A stretch of 64,000 nucleotides of DNA from Eledone cirrhosa (taxonomy: Eukaryota). The position numbers were made by a program, and so were the translations under genes. Position 1 is the stretch's first letter. Every line of letters begins with the position of its first letter. The notes under the pieces were generated by a model, which did no database searches, was not told the origin of the DNA, and was given only the letters and a program-made list of their open reading frames with translations. Positions 27,442 to 42,339 of the stretch are shown here, piece by piece. The stretch is from NCBI GenBank assembly GCA_964016885.1, contig OZ024740.1:22568001-22632000 (forward strand), given 5' to 3'.

Positions 27442-30010
27442 CTAATTTGCATATCGAGTGATTTCAACTGCTCGGATTTCGTCTATCGTCCAATTGAGTA
27501 TTCCAAACATTGGTGTTAGGACAGGCACAGCAAACACATTGTGAGCCACTGTTTTGTTTTGCGCAGAGAGTTCCGATGACCAAATTTTTCTTAATCGGGT
27601 GTATTCCCTGGTTACGCGTTCCTTATGACAGATACCTTTATACGATATGTTCTCATAAATCCCCAGGTATCTGTAGCAGTCCTCATCAGATATCGGTGAA
27701 ACAGTTAGGCCATTGATGACAATGTTGCTAGATTGGGTTGTTGTTTTTCCCCGCTTTACAGTCATGTATGAGCATTTATCTTGGCCATACTCCATTCCTA
27801 TATCCTTTGAGAACGTTGTAACCAGGTCAATATTTTTCTTCATCCCATCCGTGTTCTTCGCATAGAGTTTTAGATCATCCACAAAGGAATTATGGGTTAG
27901 GTTCGTATTTCTGTTCTCCTGTGAGCCAATGATGTATCCTTCACATTTCTTGAGCAGAAAGGACAAGGGGTTTAATCACAGGATGAATAATATCACAGAG
28001 AGACTGTCTATCTAAAATATACCCCTGCGATATTTTATTTTATCAGTGAAAATAGAGTCCTCCTTCTCTGTCTTTAACCTTAGGATAGTAGCCCAAGAAG
28101 AAGAAAGCTTCTCTATGGCTCTGATAATAATGTCTGGGACTTTAGCAAGTCGGAGGGCCTCTATCATCCAAGAGTGGGGAACAGAATCGAAAGCTTTCCT
28201 GTAGTCCAGCCAGACTGTAACCATATTCCTCCTAAGTTGTCGCACCTGCGGCATCGCAGTTTTGTTGATTAGGAGTTGTTCAGCACATCCCCAAACCCCT
28301 TTCTTTCCAGCTGCTTGTTAATCTGTGATGATGTTATTTTTTTTTCACAGTGATCTTGGAGGAATAGGTTCAGGCAGGCTGAATACATCTTATACCTCAG
28401 GTTCTGACATGCAATGGGTCGGTAGTTTTTTTTACCAGGTGGGTGTCTTTGTTCTTGGGGACCAGTAATGTTTGTGCTAATGTCAACCATTCTGGTATAA
28501 GTGTATCTCGTTTAAGAACTTGTTGGTAGAGGTCGGTAAGATACCTCCGATAGAATATCAGTTTTTTGTACCAGTAGCCGACAATCATGTCTCTTCCTGG
28601 TGTTTTCTTATCTTGGAGTTTTCCTATCACAGTCTCAAGGGTACGCTCACTTATTTCGTATGTTTTTGTTGTAGTGCAGGAGCAATAGTTCTTTTGCATT
28701 TATTTTAGCCACACTCCATCTTGGTTGACATTCTTCTTTTCACCCCATATATTTCTACAAAAGGAATCTATGTCTTTCTGGGATGGGGCCTCAGTGACAC
28801 TTATTATTTTGCCCTTCATATCTCTATAGACTGATGTTTGGTTTCGTCTGAATCTTTTATTAAGCACTTTTCTTTCATCTACCTTCTTCAGGCATCGGCG
28901 TTTTTCGCTAACAGCTCTCAATTCTTGACCAGCTTATATTGGAGAGTTCTGGTTCTACTGTTACCAAACATCGTCTCTATTTTATTTTTCACTCTTTGTT
29001 GGTGAGGAGTGAGTTTTTTGTGTGTTTGTTTGCATGTAAGGAGCATTGTCACATATCCTATGGTTTTTCGTAGGTCAGCAATCTTTTTTTCTATTTTAGT
29101 TATATATGATGGTATATTTGGTGGTGTTTTGTTCTTGTTAATATCTCTGCTATCACCAAGATAATGCTTCACTGTCGTTGCTAAGGCATTTAAAGAGGCG
29201 TTGATTTGCCAAAATGTTGGGGTTTTTATCCGTCGTAAATATTTATCGCCTATTTCGTCAATAACACGCAATATTTCATTATTTGTTTTTTTTTTAAAAT
29301 TAAATATTGTTGTTTTAAAACGTTCAAAAAGAGGGATATATATGCATGAATTAATTTCTCTCTGGAAGATTTCGTTGAGGGAAATTTTCAATTGTTTATA
29401 CTTTTGATTATTATCATTATAAATAGTATTTTCCACAACAGTCGAGGTAGACTCGGATGGTACACGTTGTGTCAAATTTTTTCGATTATTATTATTATCG
29501 ATAGTGTTTTCCCCAGCATTCGGGGTAGACTTAGATGGAACACGTGGTGTCAAATTTCATACAGGCATAGTTGTTTCAATGCACTGTTCGACCTGGCTGC
29601 TAGGAAGTCTAGTAGCATGGCGACCTGTAGCACGTGTTGTTGATTCCATGTTTGTTGTGGGGGGACTTACAATTAATAATATTTATCTTATTTTTTCGTT
29701 CAACAAACGTCGCTTGTTGGCGTAATTGTTTCGCTGTGAAATAATTTAGCTCTGGGTGCATTTCGTCCCAGTGTAGCTTCATTCTATTCATATAGCCCAT
29801 GAAGGGATTGTTTTTTGTCATTTTATAAGAATTAAATAAATTATTATTAAGTTCGCAACTCCAAGAGAAATGCGATTTATAATTTCGGTTTCTTCTGAAG
29901 CTACAACTTAAAAAAGTTTGTTTACCTTTCTTGTTGGTTGTCTTCGGTATTCCACTGATACTGTTGTTGTTGACGTTGTGTTCAGCAATGCTGTCTGTAG
30001 CAAATCCTTG
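27442..30010 (-). pseudogene. Decayed R4/Dong-like LINE ORF (N-terminus plus RT), frameshifted and 3'-truncated
   Basis: KTPGRDMI, NYRPIACQN, WLDYRKAFDSVPHSW, RRGIF, FVDDLKLY, YRYLGI. Confidence 0.88.
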
Positions 30011-30144
30011 TAAAATGAATTATGTATTTAGTCGGATATCTCTACGAATTCGAATAAAAGGTGTCTTCAGTAGATATAGTTAGAAGAATATCCAGTTATT
30101 CAAATTGTGGCATTACTGTCGGAGATAGTATTCATCTTAAATTT

Positions 30145-31045
30145 AATGTATGTATGTACGTATGTATCTATATATGTATGTGTGTATGCATGGATGCATA
30201 TACGTACGTAGTTATGTATGTATGTATGTACGTATGTGTGTATGTACGTATGTGTGTATGTACGTATGTGTGTGTATGTACGAATGTGTGTGTATGTACG
30301 AATGTGTTGGTACGAATGTATGTATGTACGTATGTATGTACGAATGTATATATGTATATATGAATGCATATATATATATATGTCTGAATGTATGTATGTA
30401 TATATGCATGTATATATGTATGAATGTATGTATGAATGTATGAATGTATATATGTATATATGTATGAATGTATGTATGAATGTATGAATGTCTATATGTA
30501 TATATGTATGTACATATGTATATATGTATGTATGAATGTATGAATGTATGCATGTATACATATATACATGTATACATATATATATACATGTATACATATA
30601 TATACATGTATACATATATATACTTGTATACATATATATACATGTATACATATATTTACATGTATACATATATATACATGTATACATATATATACATGTA
30701 TACATATATATACTTGTATACATATATATAAATGTATACATATATTTACATGTATACATATATATACATATATATACTTGTATACATATATATACATGTA
30801 TACATATATATAAATGTATACATATATTTACATGTATACATATATATACATGTATACATATATATACATGTATACATATATATACTTGTATACATATATA
30901 TAAATGTATACATATATTTACATGTATACATATATATACATGTATACATATATATACCTGTATACATATATATACATGTATACATATATATACATGTATA
31001 CATATATATACATGTATTCATATATATACATGTATACATATATGT
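30145..31045. repeat. (TATG)n grading into an 18-bp TATATATACATGTATACA minisatellite
   Basis: Direct inspection. Confidence 0.92.
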
Positions 31046-32064
31046 GCAGGCAAGATGTCGGCGAATTCATCAAAAATGAAATACTTCGTTTGGACAAGTC
31101 GACGAATAAACAAATGTATCACGGCGAGAAAAATGAATGTTTACAGAATAAAATATCGGATAAGAAAACTAGGTTTCACTTGTAAAATCTATAGAGAAGC
31201 ACGTATTTTATTAGTTTGAGAAATAAAAGATTGAGTTGTTTGCAAACGATCTTTTCAAGGTCGTCTGGTTCACGCATTAGCATGACGCCATGTATTTTTA
31301 AATATTTCTCACACTTCTATTCCTTTCTTTCTGTCTCTATCTGTTCATATATGTTGTAAACAAATATATTTCAACACACTGATGAATATATATATATATA
31401 TGTGTTTATATGTTAAGTTTGTTTATTTATGCATAAATGTTTGTTTGTTTCTATGTATGTATGTATGTATGTATGTATGTATGTATGTATGTATGTATGT
31501 ATGTATGTATGTATGTATGTATGTATGTGTGTATGTATGTGTGTATATATGTATGTATGTGTGTATGCATATATGTAACTATCTGTCAATATCTTGTATA
31601 ATTTGTATTCATCTTTATAAAATTTTTAACTCAATTATTTCTCTCTCTCTCCACAAACATACACACACATGTATGAATGTATATATATATATATATATAT
31701 TAATATATAAATATATATATATATGTATATATACATATATATATATGTAAGTATGTATGTATACGTACATACATATATGTATACAGACGTACAGTAGTAT
31801 GTATATATATACATACATGCACACATATATATATGTACGTATCGGTTTACCGAACATTTATTATAATGTTCGGTTTGTTTGTAAACAAACAAACAGCCCG
31901 AATTACGCCGTACAGTGTTTAGGCAACCACGTCACCTTTTTGTTCAACACTGACACAGGAACGATGTACTAGTTTCAAGCTTATTAGCTATCGTCAGCAT
32001 CTTATACCTTCCTTTAACTGCCGTACTAAGAGTGAGAAATGAAATTTCGTTTCATTCTTTTCCA

Positions 32065-32142
<78 letters not shown>

Positions 32143-32145
<3 letters not shown>

Positions 32146-34409
32146 GTTATATAGTAAGTGCATTATTGTTTGTGTAAAATGGTCCAATAACTTTATGTTA
32201 GCAATATTAAGTTCTCCGCGCTTTTGTATATCTCCAATTCAATTCGAGGCAACAGCTAGATGGTGTAAAACGGAGTATAAGTATCAAAATTAAAATCCGA
32301 AGGCAAGGTAAAATTCCAATCATTTAATCACGACACATGTTTCAATAAGAGATAAATCGATTGTGAAGCCATGATCGATTATCACTGATCTCATCAGGTG
32401 AAAATGAATTGTCTTCAAATTCCTGATATAAGGGAGAACAAATAACGATGTTCTCTCACAGAATTCATTCCCTCATATGCAGACACACCAGTCAGTCAGT
32501 CAGAGACATGGCGACTGCTATTAGCTTTAGTTGAGGTCATAAAAGTTTTCAGATTTCTATCACTGCAAAAGACGCTGGACATCAATAAAATCTGTAGGGA
32601 TACAGTCAGTCACAGTTAAAAGTGAGTGGGTACACACACACTCCACACCCACAAACATCGGCTCGAGGTCAAAGAAAAATATATACATATATATACACAC
32701 ATCAACACAGTATTAAACCTGTAGAATTAGCGTGGGTGGGTACACACACATTTTCACACACACCGAAGCGATGTCCGAGGAAAAAAAACAAATATAATAA
32801 AACAAATATAAGAATGTACCAACACAGCACTCACCGAAAGTTAGTTCACAAAGCAACAGAAGCTATGTCGGTCAAATCTCAATTTGACGATGTAAATTGG
32901 AAATATTGGGTTAACCAAGGCTACACACATACACACACACGCGCGCGCGCGCGCGCGCAGGTAAGTTCAGTTCAGTGTTCTGCTATACGTGTATAGATCG
33001 AATTGTAACATCCATATCTTCAAGTGTGTGTTATGGTATATACACATCCGAATCGTCAAAAAAGGGACGGGGTGGAGGGTTATGTCCGGGTATACACACA
33101 TCCATGTGAAGAGCAAGCAATCAGCTCATGTCGAACTCCTTGTGTACCGCTGTCCCGTTGAGAATCCGTGTCACCAAATCCGTGCGTGCAAGCAACTGCA
33201 ATGTGGGCCGGCAAAGGGCTCCGTATAGGGTTGGGCATTGGGTAAATGCGTCCGCAAGTGCGATTTCCCGTCACATGGGCCAATGAGCTTTTAAAATAGT
33301 TGTTTGAGTGGTGGAGGTGTGTTATCCAACACAGAAGGTGAAGTAAGAAAACACAGGACAGTAAAATCCAAAGGATGTGTGTAGGCCCATTAATGGTGTG
33401 TCGGTATTATTGTTCAATCCATAACAGTGAGTCCTCAATGGTTAGATGATCACGCATCAAAACCTGGTGTAGTATTCAGTCGGTAGGAACGTGACAGTCG
33501 TAATTGTGGGAGCTCAATGTCTAAAGGAAACGGATACTGTGTGTAGAGCTATGTATGGAGAGCGTAATCGGTCCTAACTAAGTGTGTAATCAATCTAACT
33601 ATTTACTAGCCAGGTATTCTAAAAGAGAGCACTCAGCTGTGAGAACTCCGTGGAAACAGGCCGAGTATCGTTTGCAAGTGCGCAAACAATCTTAGCCGTC
33701 TAACTACCTAAGTGTGTGACTGTCCGTTTATTGAGAGAACTCTATAGCTAAAGTAGAGAGGGAGGAGTTATTGGTAGGTTACCTTCCAAAAATCCTGCGG
33801 AAGGTTTTCGAGGTTCTATGTTGACAGTTGCTGAAAAAATCTGCTCTTCTATTAATTAATAGGGGGCCGCCTCTAATAATATTAAAAGTTTCAGCTATAC
33901 ATAAATTGCAGACGCCAGTGCTGCCGTTATAAGGTTGGGCTGAGCAAACTATGGACCAGGAAAAGGAGTGCTCTATATTTTGATGTTTAAGCTTCCAGAC
34001 TAATTCCGAAAGTGCCGTGCTATTTTTTTTATCTAATCTATTAAAGGTATGGCGGTGATTATACCATCTATCCTTAAATTCCGTGGCAGTTGCCCCAACA
34101 TACCCAAAGGTTCTATCAGGAGTGGAGACCTTACAGTCGTAGACTATGTTTTTGGTAAGGCATTTCCCAGTCATGGGGCAGGTGGCGGTGGTTCTGCAGT
34201 TACATTTTTTGCTATCGATCTGGGTAGTTCCGGATGGACCACGGTACCTTTGGGGTCGCGTCTCAGTTCCAGTCTGCTCTGTGGGTAAATTCCCTGGGGT
34301 TGGGGAGACCCGACTCGCCTCACGTGTATGAGTCAGTTCCTCAATAGAGCTGCCATTGTTCCTGCCATGCCTAATTCCCTCATTGGCTGTCCTAAGTCTA
34401 CTATAATTC

Positions 34410-34412
<3 letters not shown>
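32143..34412 (-). mobile_element. 5'-truncated Naiad-like PLE with HHR at 32328-32401
   Basis: UCAC-CUGAUGA-...-GAAACAUGUGUC|GUGA near the 3' end; (TA)n flanks. Confidence 0.88.
33779..34411 (-). CDS. PLE GIY-YIG endonuclease domain (partial ORF)
   Basis: CNCRTTATCPMTGKCLTKNIVY...YVGATATEFKDRWYNH...CNLCIAE...LINRRADFFSNCQH. Confidence 0.9.
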
Positions 34413-34463
<51 letters not shown>

Positions 34464-34529
34464 TGACTGCGTGGGTCTGTTTGAGGGCTTAAGGTTGTAG
34501 CTTCTTTTTGTCCCTATTCCCCTTCTGCT

Positions 34530-34790
34530 GTTAAAGCTTTCTTTTACAAAATCTATGAACCACTTCCGACGGCTTTCCTGAGAAGCCTTTCCAGAGAAGC
34601 TTTTCCTGAGAAGGCTTTCCTGAAAAGCCTTTCCAGAGAAGGCTTTTCTTTTAGGAGTTCCCAACAGAAAGCGGTTTTTGTTGATGCGGCACACATGACC
34701 TGCCCTTTGTAGTTGAGAACATTTAAGGATGGCGTGAATACTTCTTAACTCTTCCTTCTCCAACAGTTAAGAGTTTGGAATTATGTCTTT
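34530..34790 (-). pseudogene. RTE-like LINE C-terminal fragment
   Basis: SIHAILKCSQLQRAGHVCRI resembles QLRWAGHVxRM. Confidence 0.65.
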
Positions 34791-35220
34791 TTCATTGACT
34801 TTCATAATTTTATTCAAAGCCCCTGTCTATAGTATTCATATGGATCCAGATCCACGCAGCTTTGAAACGGTCGTAACTGTGTATAATCAATAAAGACCTT
34901 AATGTGAAACCTCATTTTGTTTTTAATATATAGACTCTTCCATAGCACAGTGTGGTGATTTTGGTACCTTCCTCAGTAAACCACGAATCTACTGAATCAT
35001 TTAATATAAATATATAAACATCAACAATAGGTGGAATAACAAACATTAGTATTGATTAGTCAACTGTAATAAACTATATACTACATGGAAGTATACCATA
35101 CAGAATAAGATCTTCCAAAATTAAATCACTTATTTGACGAACGACAAGAACAAAAGCGATGAACAAGAAGCTATTAAGCTAGTCATCGCCTCTGAGTTAA
35201 AAAAAATAAAACCTTCTTTT

Positions 35221-35221
35221 T

Positions 35222-35302
<81 letters not shown>

Positions 35303-35453
35303 TACTTTCAACTTCTTAATTTTCTCCGAAGTAAACAAGTTTCCTGTCGGTATATTTTCGTGAGTTTTTAACAGGCACTCACAAATAAACGTTTCTCATT
35401 GGAGGTGCTATTACCAATGTTCTTACCCGTGCAACGCTGGGATACACTGCTAG
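35221..35453 (+). mobile_element. Possible non-autonomous Helitron
   Basis: Subterminal hairpin CCCGTGCAACGCTGGG then CTAG|T, like the end at 38771. Confidence 0.45.
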
Positions 35454-35873
35454 TATATATATATATACAGGGAGTATAACGTAGAGTTACTTTAGATTAA
35501 CCCGGGTGAGCACTGGATGTTTAGGTTCACTTCTGTGTCGAGGTGTAGAGCTATTATAAAATAAAGTAAGGGCGAGTGGTTACACTTTCATTACGTTTAT
35601 TTATTTATTTATTTTTTTATTTTTTCATTACCATTATTAGGGGTCTGACGAGCCGTGGATTACAGAGTCGAGCTAGATCGATGCAGATCGAATCTTGAGC
35701 TGATCAGTGGCAAGGCGCGCTTCACCAACCAATAAACGTAATGAAAGTGTAACGATTCGTCCTTACTTTATTATATATATATATATATATTTAAAATTGG
35801 AGCAGTTATATACATGTATGATGATTATCTTTCTCAGTAGAAACATAATCTGCATACATATTATGTTATGATA

Positions 35874-35916
<43 letters not shown>

Positions 35917-36439
35917 ATATATATGTATATATATATAGGTATCATAACATAATATATATGCAGATTATGTTTCTACTGAGAAAGATAATCATCATACATG
36001 TATATAACTGCTCCAATTTTAAATTCATTGACCTGCTTATACTGTGACTAGTACATCGTACCTATTTCTAACGGATGCGATGTCCAGTTCTATTTATATC
36101 TGCCGCCACAGTTAAAACATTCTCACACCAGGCTGTCTACGATTTTGGTCTAATTCTCGGATCCCGACAGATATAAAAGTATTTTGTACTCTATACTCTA
36201 TTGGAACTTATCCAAAGACAATTTCTGTGATGATTAGTTTCGCGTCTCCCGTAGCTTTACCAAAATCGATAATTGCTAATCGATGATCGATTACTTAGAT
36301 CGATTTTTGTTATGGTATAAGAACTATGAAATGGTACAATAAGGAAAATAAGAATTTTTCCACCTTAAAGTTTGTACTTTTTCCAAAATATTATGTGCTT
36401 TATATATACTAGAAGAAAAATCACCCGTCGGGTGGTTTT

Positions 36440-36990
36440 CTGCTAGCATGTGTAGTGTGTATATTGATATTATACGCAAATATATATACATGTAAATATG
36501 ATACGTCAAATAAAATCGTATTGACAATATACACAGAAATTGACCGAAGTCTGTGTTACACTGTCTTCTGTAATCAGTAAAGTAATCCACGATACATTAA
36601 AAAAAGACGATATTATATATAAACTGCATATATGATAAATTAAAATGTTGTGAAAATGAAAAAGGAGAAAATTAGCGACGGAAATATAAACCTTATATAA
36701 CGATGCAAATATAAGAACGTTTATATAAGTGATGTGATGAGTGTTATATAATGGGCGCTAACCGGAGTGAATGTTAAAATAAGAAATACTTTATATATAA
36801 GAATATTTATGTTTAATCAACAGCTACGAAATTTAGTAGATAAATTACATAACATTCAGTCATTATTTATTCAAAATAATCCAATTTATTTTACTCACGG
36901 GATAGAAAAATATAAAATGGACGCTGTCCCGCACTCCTCCCTTTATTATATTATAGATGTATAACATCCTGTCTTTCTCAAACGACAATA
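36440..36990. repeat. Unclassified interspersed repeat; diverged inverted copy at ~37975-38805
   Basis: Shared blocks such as TTTTACTCACGGGATAGAAAA and CAGCTACGAAATTTAGTAGATAAATT. Confidence 0.75.
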
Positions 36991-37017
36991 TGGCTCTTTC
37001 TCTATCTACACACACAC

Positions 37018-37078
<61 letters not shown>

Positions 37079-37083
37079 AGAAT

Positions 37084-37556
37084 GAAACGAAATTTCATTT
37101 CTCACTCTTAGTACGGCACTTACTTAAATGTAAGTATGTATGTATACGTACATACATATATGTATACAGACGTACAGTAGCATGTATATATATACATAGA
37201 GGCACACATACATATATGCACGTATCAGTTTACCGAACATTTATTATAATGCTCGGTTTGTTCGTTTGTAAACAAACAAAGGCAGAAAGGTATACGGTGC
37301 TGACGATAGCTAATAAGCTTGAAACTAGTACATCGTTCCTGTGTCAGTGTTGAACAAAAAGGTGACGTGGTTGCCTAAACACTGTACGGCGTAATTCAGG
37401 CTGTTTGTTTGTTTACAAACGAACAAACCGAGCATTATAATAAATGTTCGGTAAACTGATACGTGCATATATGTATGTGTGCCTGTATGTATATATATAC
37501 ATGCTACTGTACGTCTGTATACATATATGTATGTACGTATACATACATACTTACAT
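37084..37556. mobile_element. Palindromic HHR-containing non-coding element
   Basis: 37128-37280 is the inverse of 37403-37556 around the HHR at 37294-37336. Confidence 0.85.
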
Positions 37557-37869
37557 ATATATATATATATATATATAAATTAATAAAAACAATGAATAAA
37601 AACAAAGAACAAGTTCCTTATATTAAACAATTTATCATTTTACGATCGTTTCTAGGATATATATGTGTTGGTATGTATATCATATAGATCTATGTAAAGA
37701 TATTACAAACAATCAGAGGAAATATACATACCTTCACATATATATGCTGTCTTCGGAAATGATATATATATATACACACACACATATATATATATATACA
37801 CATATATATATATAAAAGAAAATGAGGTTTTATTTAATAAAAAAACGAAATGTCCTACTCGAGTGAAAG

Positions 37870-37932
<63 letters not shown>

Positions 37933-38436
37933 GTATATATATATATATATATATATGTATCATATCATATAACTATAATAAAGGGAGGAGTGCGGGACTG
38001 CGTCCCGAATATATATTTTCTATCCCGTGAGTAAAATAAGTTGGATTACTTTCAATAAATAATGAATGAATATTACATAATTTATCTACTAAATTTCGTA
38101 GCTGTTGATTAAACATAAATATTCTTATATATAATGATTGCTGATTTTAAGATTCATTTCGTTTAAAATTTTCAAATGTCAATACTTCCGGTTAGCGTCC
38201 GTCATATAAACTCTTATTACATTGCTTATATAAGCATCCATATATTTGCTACGTTATATAAGGTTTAATAACAATTCACCATAATGCAGTTTATATATAA
38301 CATCGTCTTTTTTAAATGTATCATGGATTACTTTACTTACATAAGACAGTGTAACACAGACTCTCTTCAATTCCTGTGTATATTGTCAATTACGATGTTA
38401 TTAGACGTATCATATCTACATTCATGTATATTTCCA

Positions 38437-38771
38437 TCTATATATATAAAAGCAAGTCGGTCTGTGTGTCTATCTGTCTGTCTACAAATACTAGGCTCCT
38501 TTTAACTTTTGAAGTACTAGGCCGATTTCAACCAAATTTGGCACACATGTTGCTTATATGCCAGAGCCGGTTTCGGACATAAACAAATTTGAAAAAAAAA
38601 ATCGATATTGGGGCAAAAAAAAAAAATCGATTTTGTGTGTGTATCTGTCTGTGTACAAATACTAGGCTCCTTTTAACTTTTGAAGTACTAGGCCGATTTG
38701 GCACGTGCTATTGAGGTGACCTCTCATAGGCTGTCATTCATTTCCCGAGCAACGTGGGGTACATCTGCTAG
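38437..38771 (+). mobile_element. Non-autonomous Helitron-like element
   Basis: A|TCTATATATATAAAA start, (CTGT)n, 3' hairpin and CTAG|T; no TSD; absent from the 36440 copy of the host repeat. Confidence 0.75.
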
Positions 38772-38850
38772 TATAATATAAATATGTACACTACACATGC
38801 TAGCACTACACATGCCACCGAGGATAGTTTTTCTGCTAAGTATATATCAA

Positions 38851-38910
<60 letters not shown>

Positions 38911-39065
38911 ATTTATTTATCTGGACGTCCAGAAATAGCCGTCGAAACGGCTTGAGCTCTGCCGTCGGGGTCATACATTTTCCTATTACCCACTCTACTA
39001 CCCTAAGTATTGAGTACTCTGGCGCGTTATGTGGTCCATCTGGTTCCTTACCACAACTCTTTCGT

Positions 39066-39122
<57 letters not shown>

Positions 39123-39137
39123 ATTTATATATATATT

Positions 39138-39314
39138 AAGAGGTGCGCTAGCAGCCGAAGTGTATGATAAAGTCATATGTTTGTGACCGAGACTGCCCAA
39201 CGTGTATAAATATATACAAATCTCTAATCCGTAGGCAGTTGGCGCAGTCTCACTGACACACTATTTATGCAGATATAACTTTATCATACACTTCGGCTGC
39301 GAGCGCACCTCTTC
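39138..39314. repeat. Fold-back with ~44-bp inverted arms
   Basis: AAGAGGTGCGCTAGCAGCCGAAGTGTATGATAAAGT versus ACTTTATCATACACTTCGGCTGCGAGCGCACCTCTT. Confidence 0.85.
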
Positions 39315-39454
39315 CTATATATTTTAATTAATTACAACACGAGCACTAATTTTATGCAAATTAGTACATCCATTTCAGAATAATACTAATAGCGAATGGT
39401 TATATAAACCCATCAAATACACGTTTCCTTGTGGTCGATCGAATGATATACACA

Positions 39455-40064
39455 ACTTCTGATGAGGATCCAACAAAATCCGAAAATTCATCAAGAAGTT
39501 TATCATTATTCCAATTTACAAGGAATTCATATTTTTAGGTATCTTTACTTGACTACAAATTGGATATGTGGTGCATATATGTATACTCGCTGGTGTAGTC
39601 TCAGTACACACTCTATATATTTATACATATATAATTTTATCACACACACACACACACACACATATGACTAAATAAGCAAGTGGGCTATCCTCTCCTTTAT
39701 TTCTCATTTCCCCCCCGTTCCTTCCTTTCTCAATATTTATCTTTCCATTTTATCTTTTATTTCTAAATCTATCTTCTGATGAAGGACTACTGTCCGAAAC
39801 GTTCAGATATTTTTCGTACTATTTCAAGTGTTAAACTAATATATTTCTTCATTGTACTGTGTTATCTGCTTTGGTTATTTCTGTTTCCTTTTTACACACA
39901 CACACACACACAAACATATATAAATAAATATATATATATATGTTTATATAGATGTATATATGTGTGCATATATATATGTCACTATCTGTAAAACAAATTT
40001 TGTATTTTATCTGATGAGGACGTACCAAAAATGTTGGTCCCCTTGAAATATATATAAGAAAATA
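39455..40064 (+). ncRNA. Three unrelated minimal or degenerate HHR motifs (39455-39495, 39771-39808, 40003-40064)
   Basis: CUGAUGA-GGAU..AUCC-GAAA; CUGAUGA-AGGAC-UACU-GUCC-GAAACGU; CUGAUGA-GGAC..GUCC..GAAAUAUAUAUA. Confidence 0.6.
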
Positions 40065-40186
40065 AATATGGTTTTATAAAGATAGTTTCCATTTATTAAT
40101 ATTATTGATAAGAAGAATCTTGTAGAGTGCTTCTAATGTTATAAACTAAATTTGTTGAATAACCAACAAATTAAAAAAACTCATTG

Positions 40187-40271
<85 letters not shown>

Positions 40272-40297
40272 GCACAAATATATACATGTATATAAAC

Positions 40298-40362
<65 letters not shown>

Positions 40363-40373
<11 letters not shown>

Positions 40374-40721
40374 AGAACAAAAGATGGTTAAAAGAGTTCC
40401 ATGTATTTTATTATGCGCATTTCAAAAACATATATCATCATGCAATAATATTTGTGTTTTCATCAGATAATCATTGATTTAAAACTGAACTATCCACAAG
40501 TGTTTTTTAACCTTCATATCATGTCTTCCTGTTTTATCTGATGAAAACACAAATATTATTGCATGATGATATTTGTTTTTGAAATGCGCATAATAAAATA
40601 CATGGAACTCTTTTAACCATCTTTTGTTCTTATATATTATGTATACTCCAGTCCTACAAACTGTAGAGTGCTTCTTATCCGATATCTGCATTGCTTTATT
40701 GTACTACAATAAAACTCACCT

Positions 40722-40725
<4 letters not shown>
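40363..40725. mobile_element. Palindromic non-coding derivative of the 17345 PLE tail with two HHRs
   Basis: 40363-40470 is the inverse of 40534-40640. Confidence 0.88.
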
Positions 40726-40774
<49 letters not shown>

Positions 40775-41117
40775 GTGTGTGTGAGTGTGTGATGAAGTAA
40801 ACACAGACACGCTAAAAACTAAAAGACACTAAAATTCGTTTCAGTTGAGAGACATGAAAATTATGACAAACAATGACAGGAAAGAAGACAAAGAATAGTT
40901 TTGGACGTTTATCAAAAAAGTTAGCGGAAGTGAATAGGTATTTCAGGAAATTATAATATAATGACTAAGATGTGTTCATAACAAAACAAGTTAAGGCTAT
41001 AGTTGAAATTGGTCTCATCGACTGTAAAACGTGATACAACACTTTTCAATTAATATGATGCACACAAACATTTCATTGCAAAGATAGAACTATATATATA
41101 TACATATATGTACATAC

Positions 41118-41342
<225 letters not shown>

Positions 41343-41387
41343 TGTTACACCTCTATTCTTTTAAATATATATATATATATATATATA

Positions 41388-42275
41388 CATTTCGTTTCTG
41401 AATTTGTTTAGCAAAATTCTTTATCTGAAAACGTGTGTTGAAACCGATATTGTTATACTTTGGGAGGGTCATGTTGCCAATAAGGAACACACGCACCACA
41501 GCTTTCACTTCAATTTATTATAAATTAAATTTATAAATTTAGGAATTTATAAATTTCCGGTTGGTTGGTTCCACAACCAGATGATTGTTCATATATTGTC
41601 AAAGTTCTTTCGTCACACATTCTGTGACCTCTTCAGTGACTGGGGATTCTTTACTTTGTTTTTGTGCCTCTCCTTTGTTCTGTCCTACGCTATCTTGTTT
41701 TTGTGTGTGTTGTGTGCTTAGTTTGCGCATGTGTTACATCCGGGTGTCTGTGTGTGTTTATATTTGTTTATTTATATGTTACTGGCTGGTTGTTTGTTCT
41801 ATGTGTGTGTGTGTTTTCATTTTGTCCTTAACTGTAAGTTGTGATGTTGCTGTTCCATTCATGTTTTCTATTTAATTTTGGTTGGAATTCATTTATGTTT
41901 ATTGCCTCTGTGATTTGTCTACACATTGCGTCTTTTCTGTGTGTAGATTCTATTTTTATTTCTATGTTCTCTAATTTACCCTTATGTTCTATTTTAGTAT
42001 GTTGGTGGAGTACAGATGATTCTTTACTATCTTGAAGATCTCGCCAGTGTTCATTTATCCGTTCCCCTATACTACGAGCTGTCTCACCTATGTACACTAT
42101 ATTCTTATCTCTACATTGTCCTTCAGTACATCTCATGCTATATACTACATTTCTAGTTTTACAGTTAATAAGGGGGCTTAATTTACAGATTATACATTTC
42201 TTATCCATACAGAGATGTCTTTGAAAAGGGCATGTCTTGCTAATAAGTGTTTTTATGGAGGTACCAGGTACTTTT
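41388..42275 (-). mobile_element. Truncated PLE of a third endonuclease type (possibly Nematis-like) with HHR at 41598-41640
   Basis: CKTRNVVYSMRC...YIGETARSIGERINEH...RQITEAININ...LNRKHEWN (41828-42289). Confidence 0.88.
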
Positions 42276-42339
42276 TTGATGCTTATCAAAGCTAACTATT
42301 CCCAACTACTCCTCCTGTTTGCTTAATTAATTTAATATT

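Noticed and set aside
35645-35728. HHR-like CUGACGA-GCC...GGC motif; similar remnants at ~25880, 50568 and 60930
   Set aside because: GAAA or core positions are mutated; probably dead relics and not listed as features
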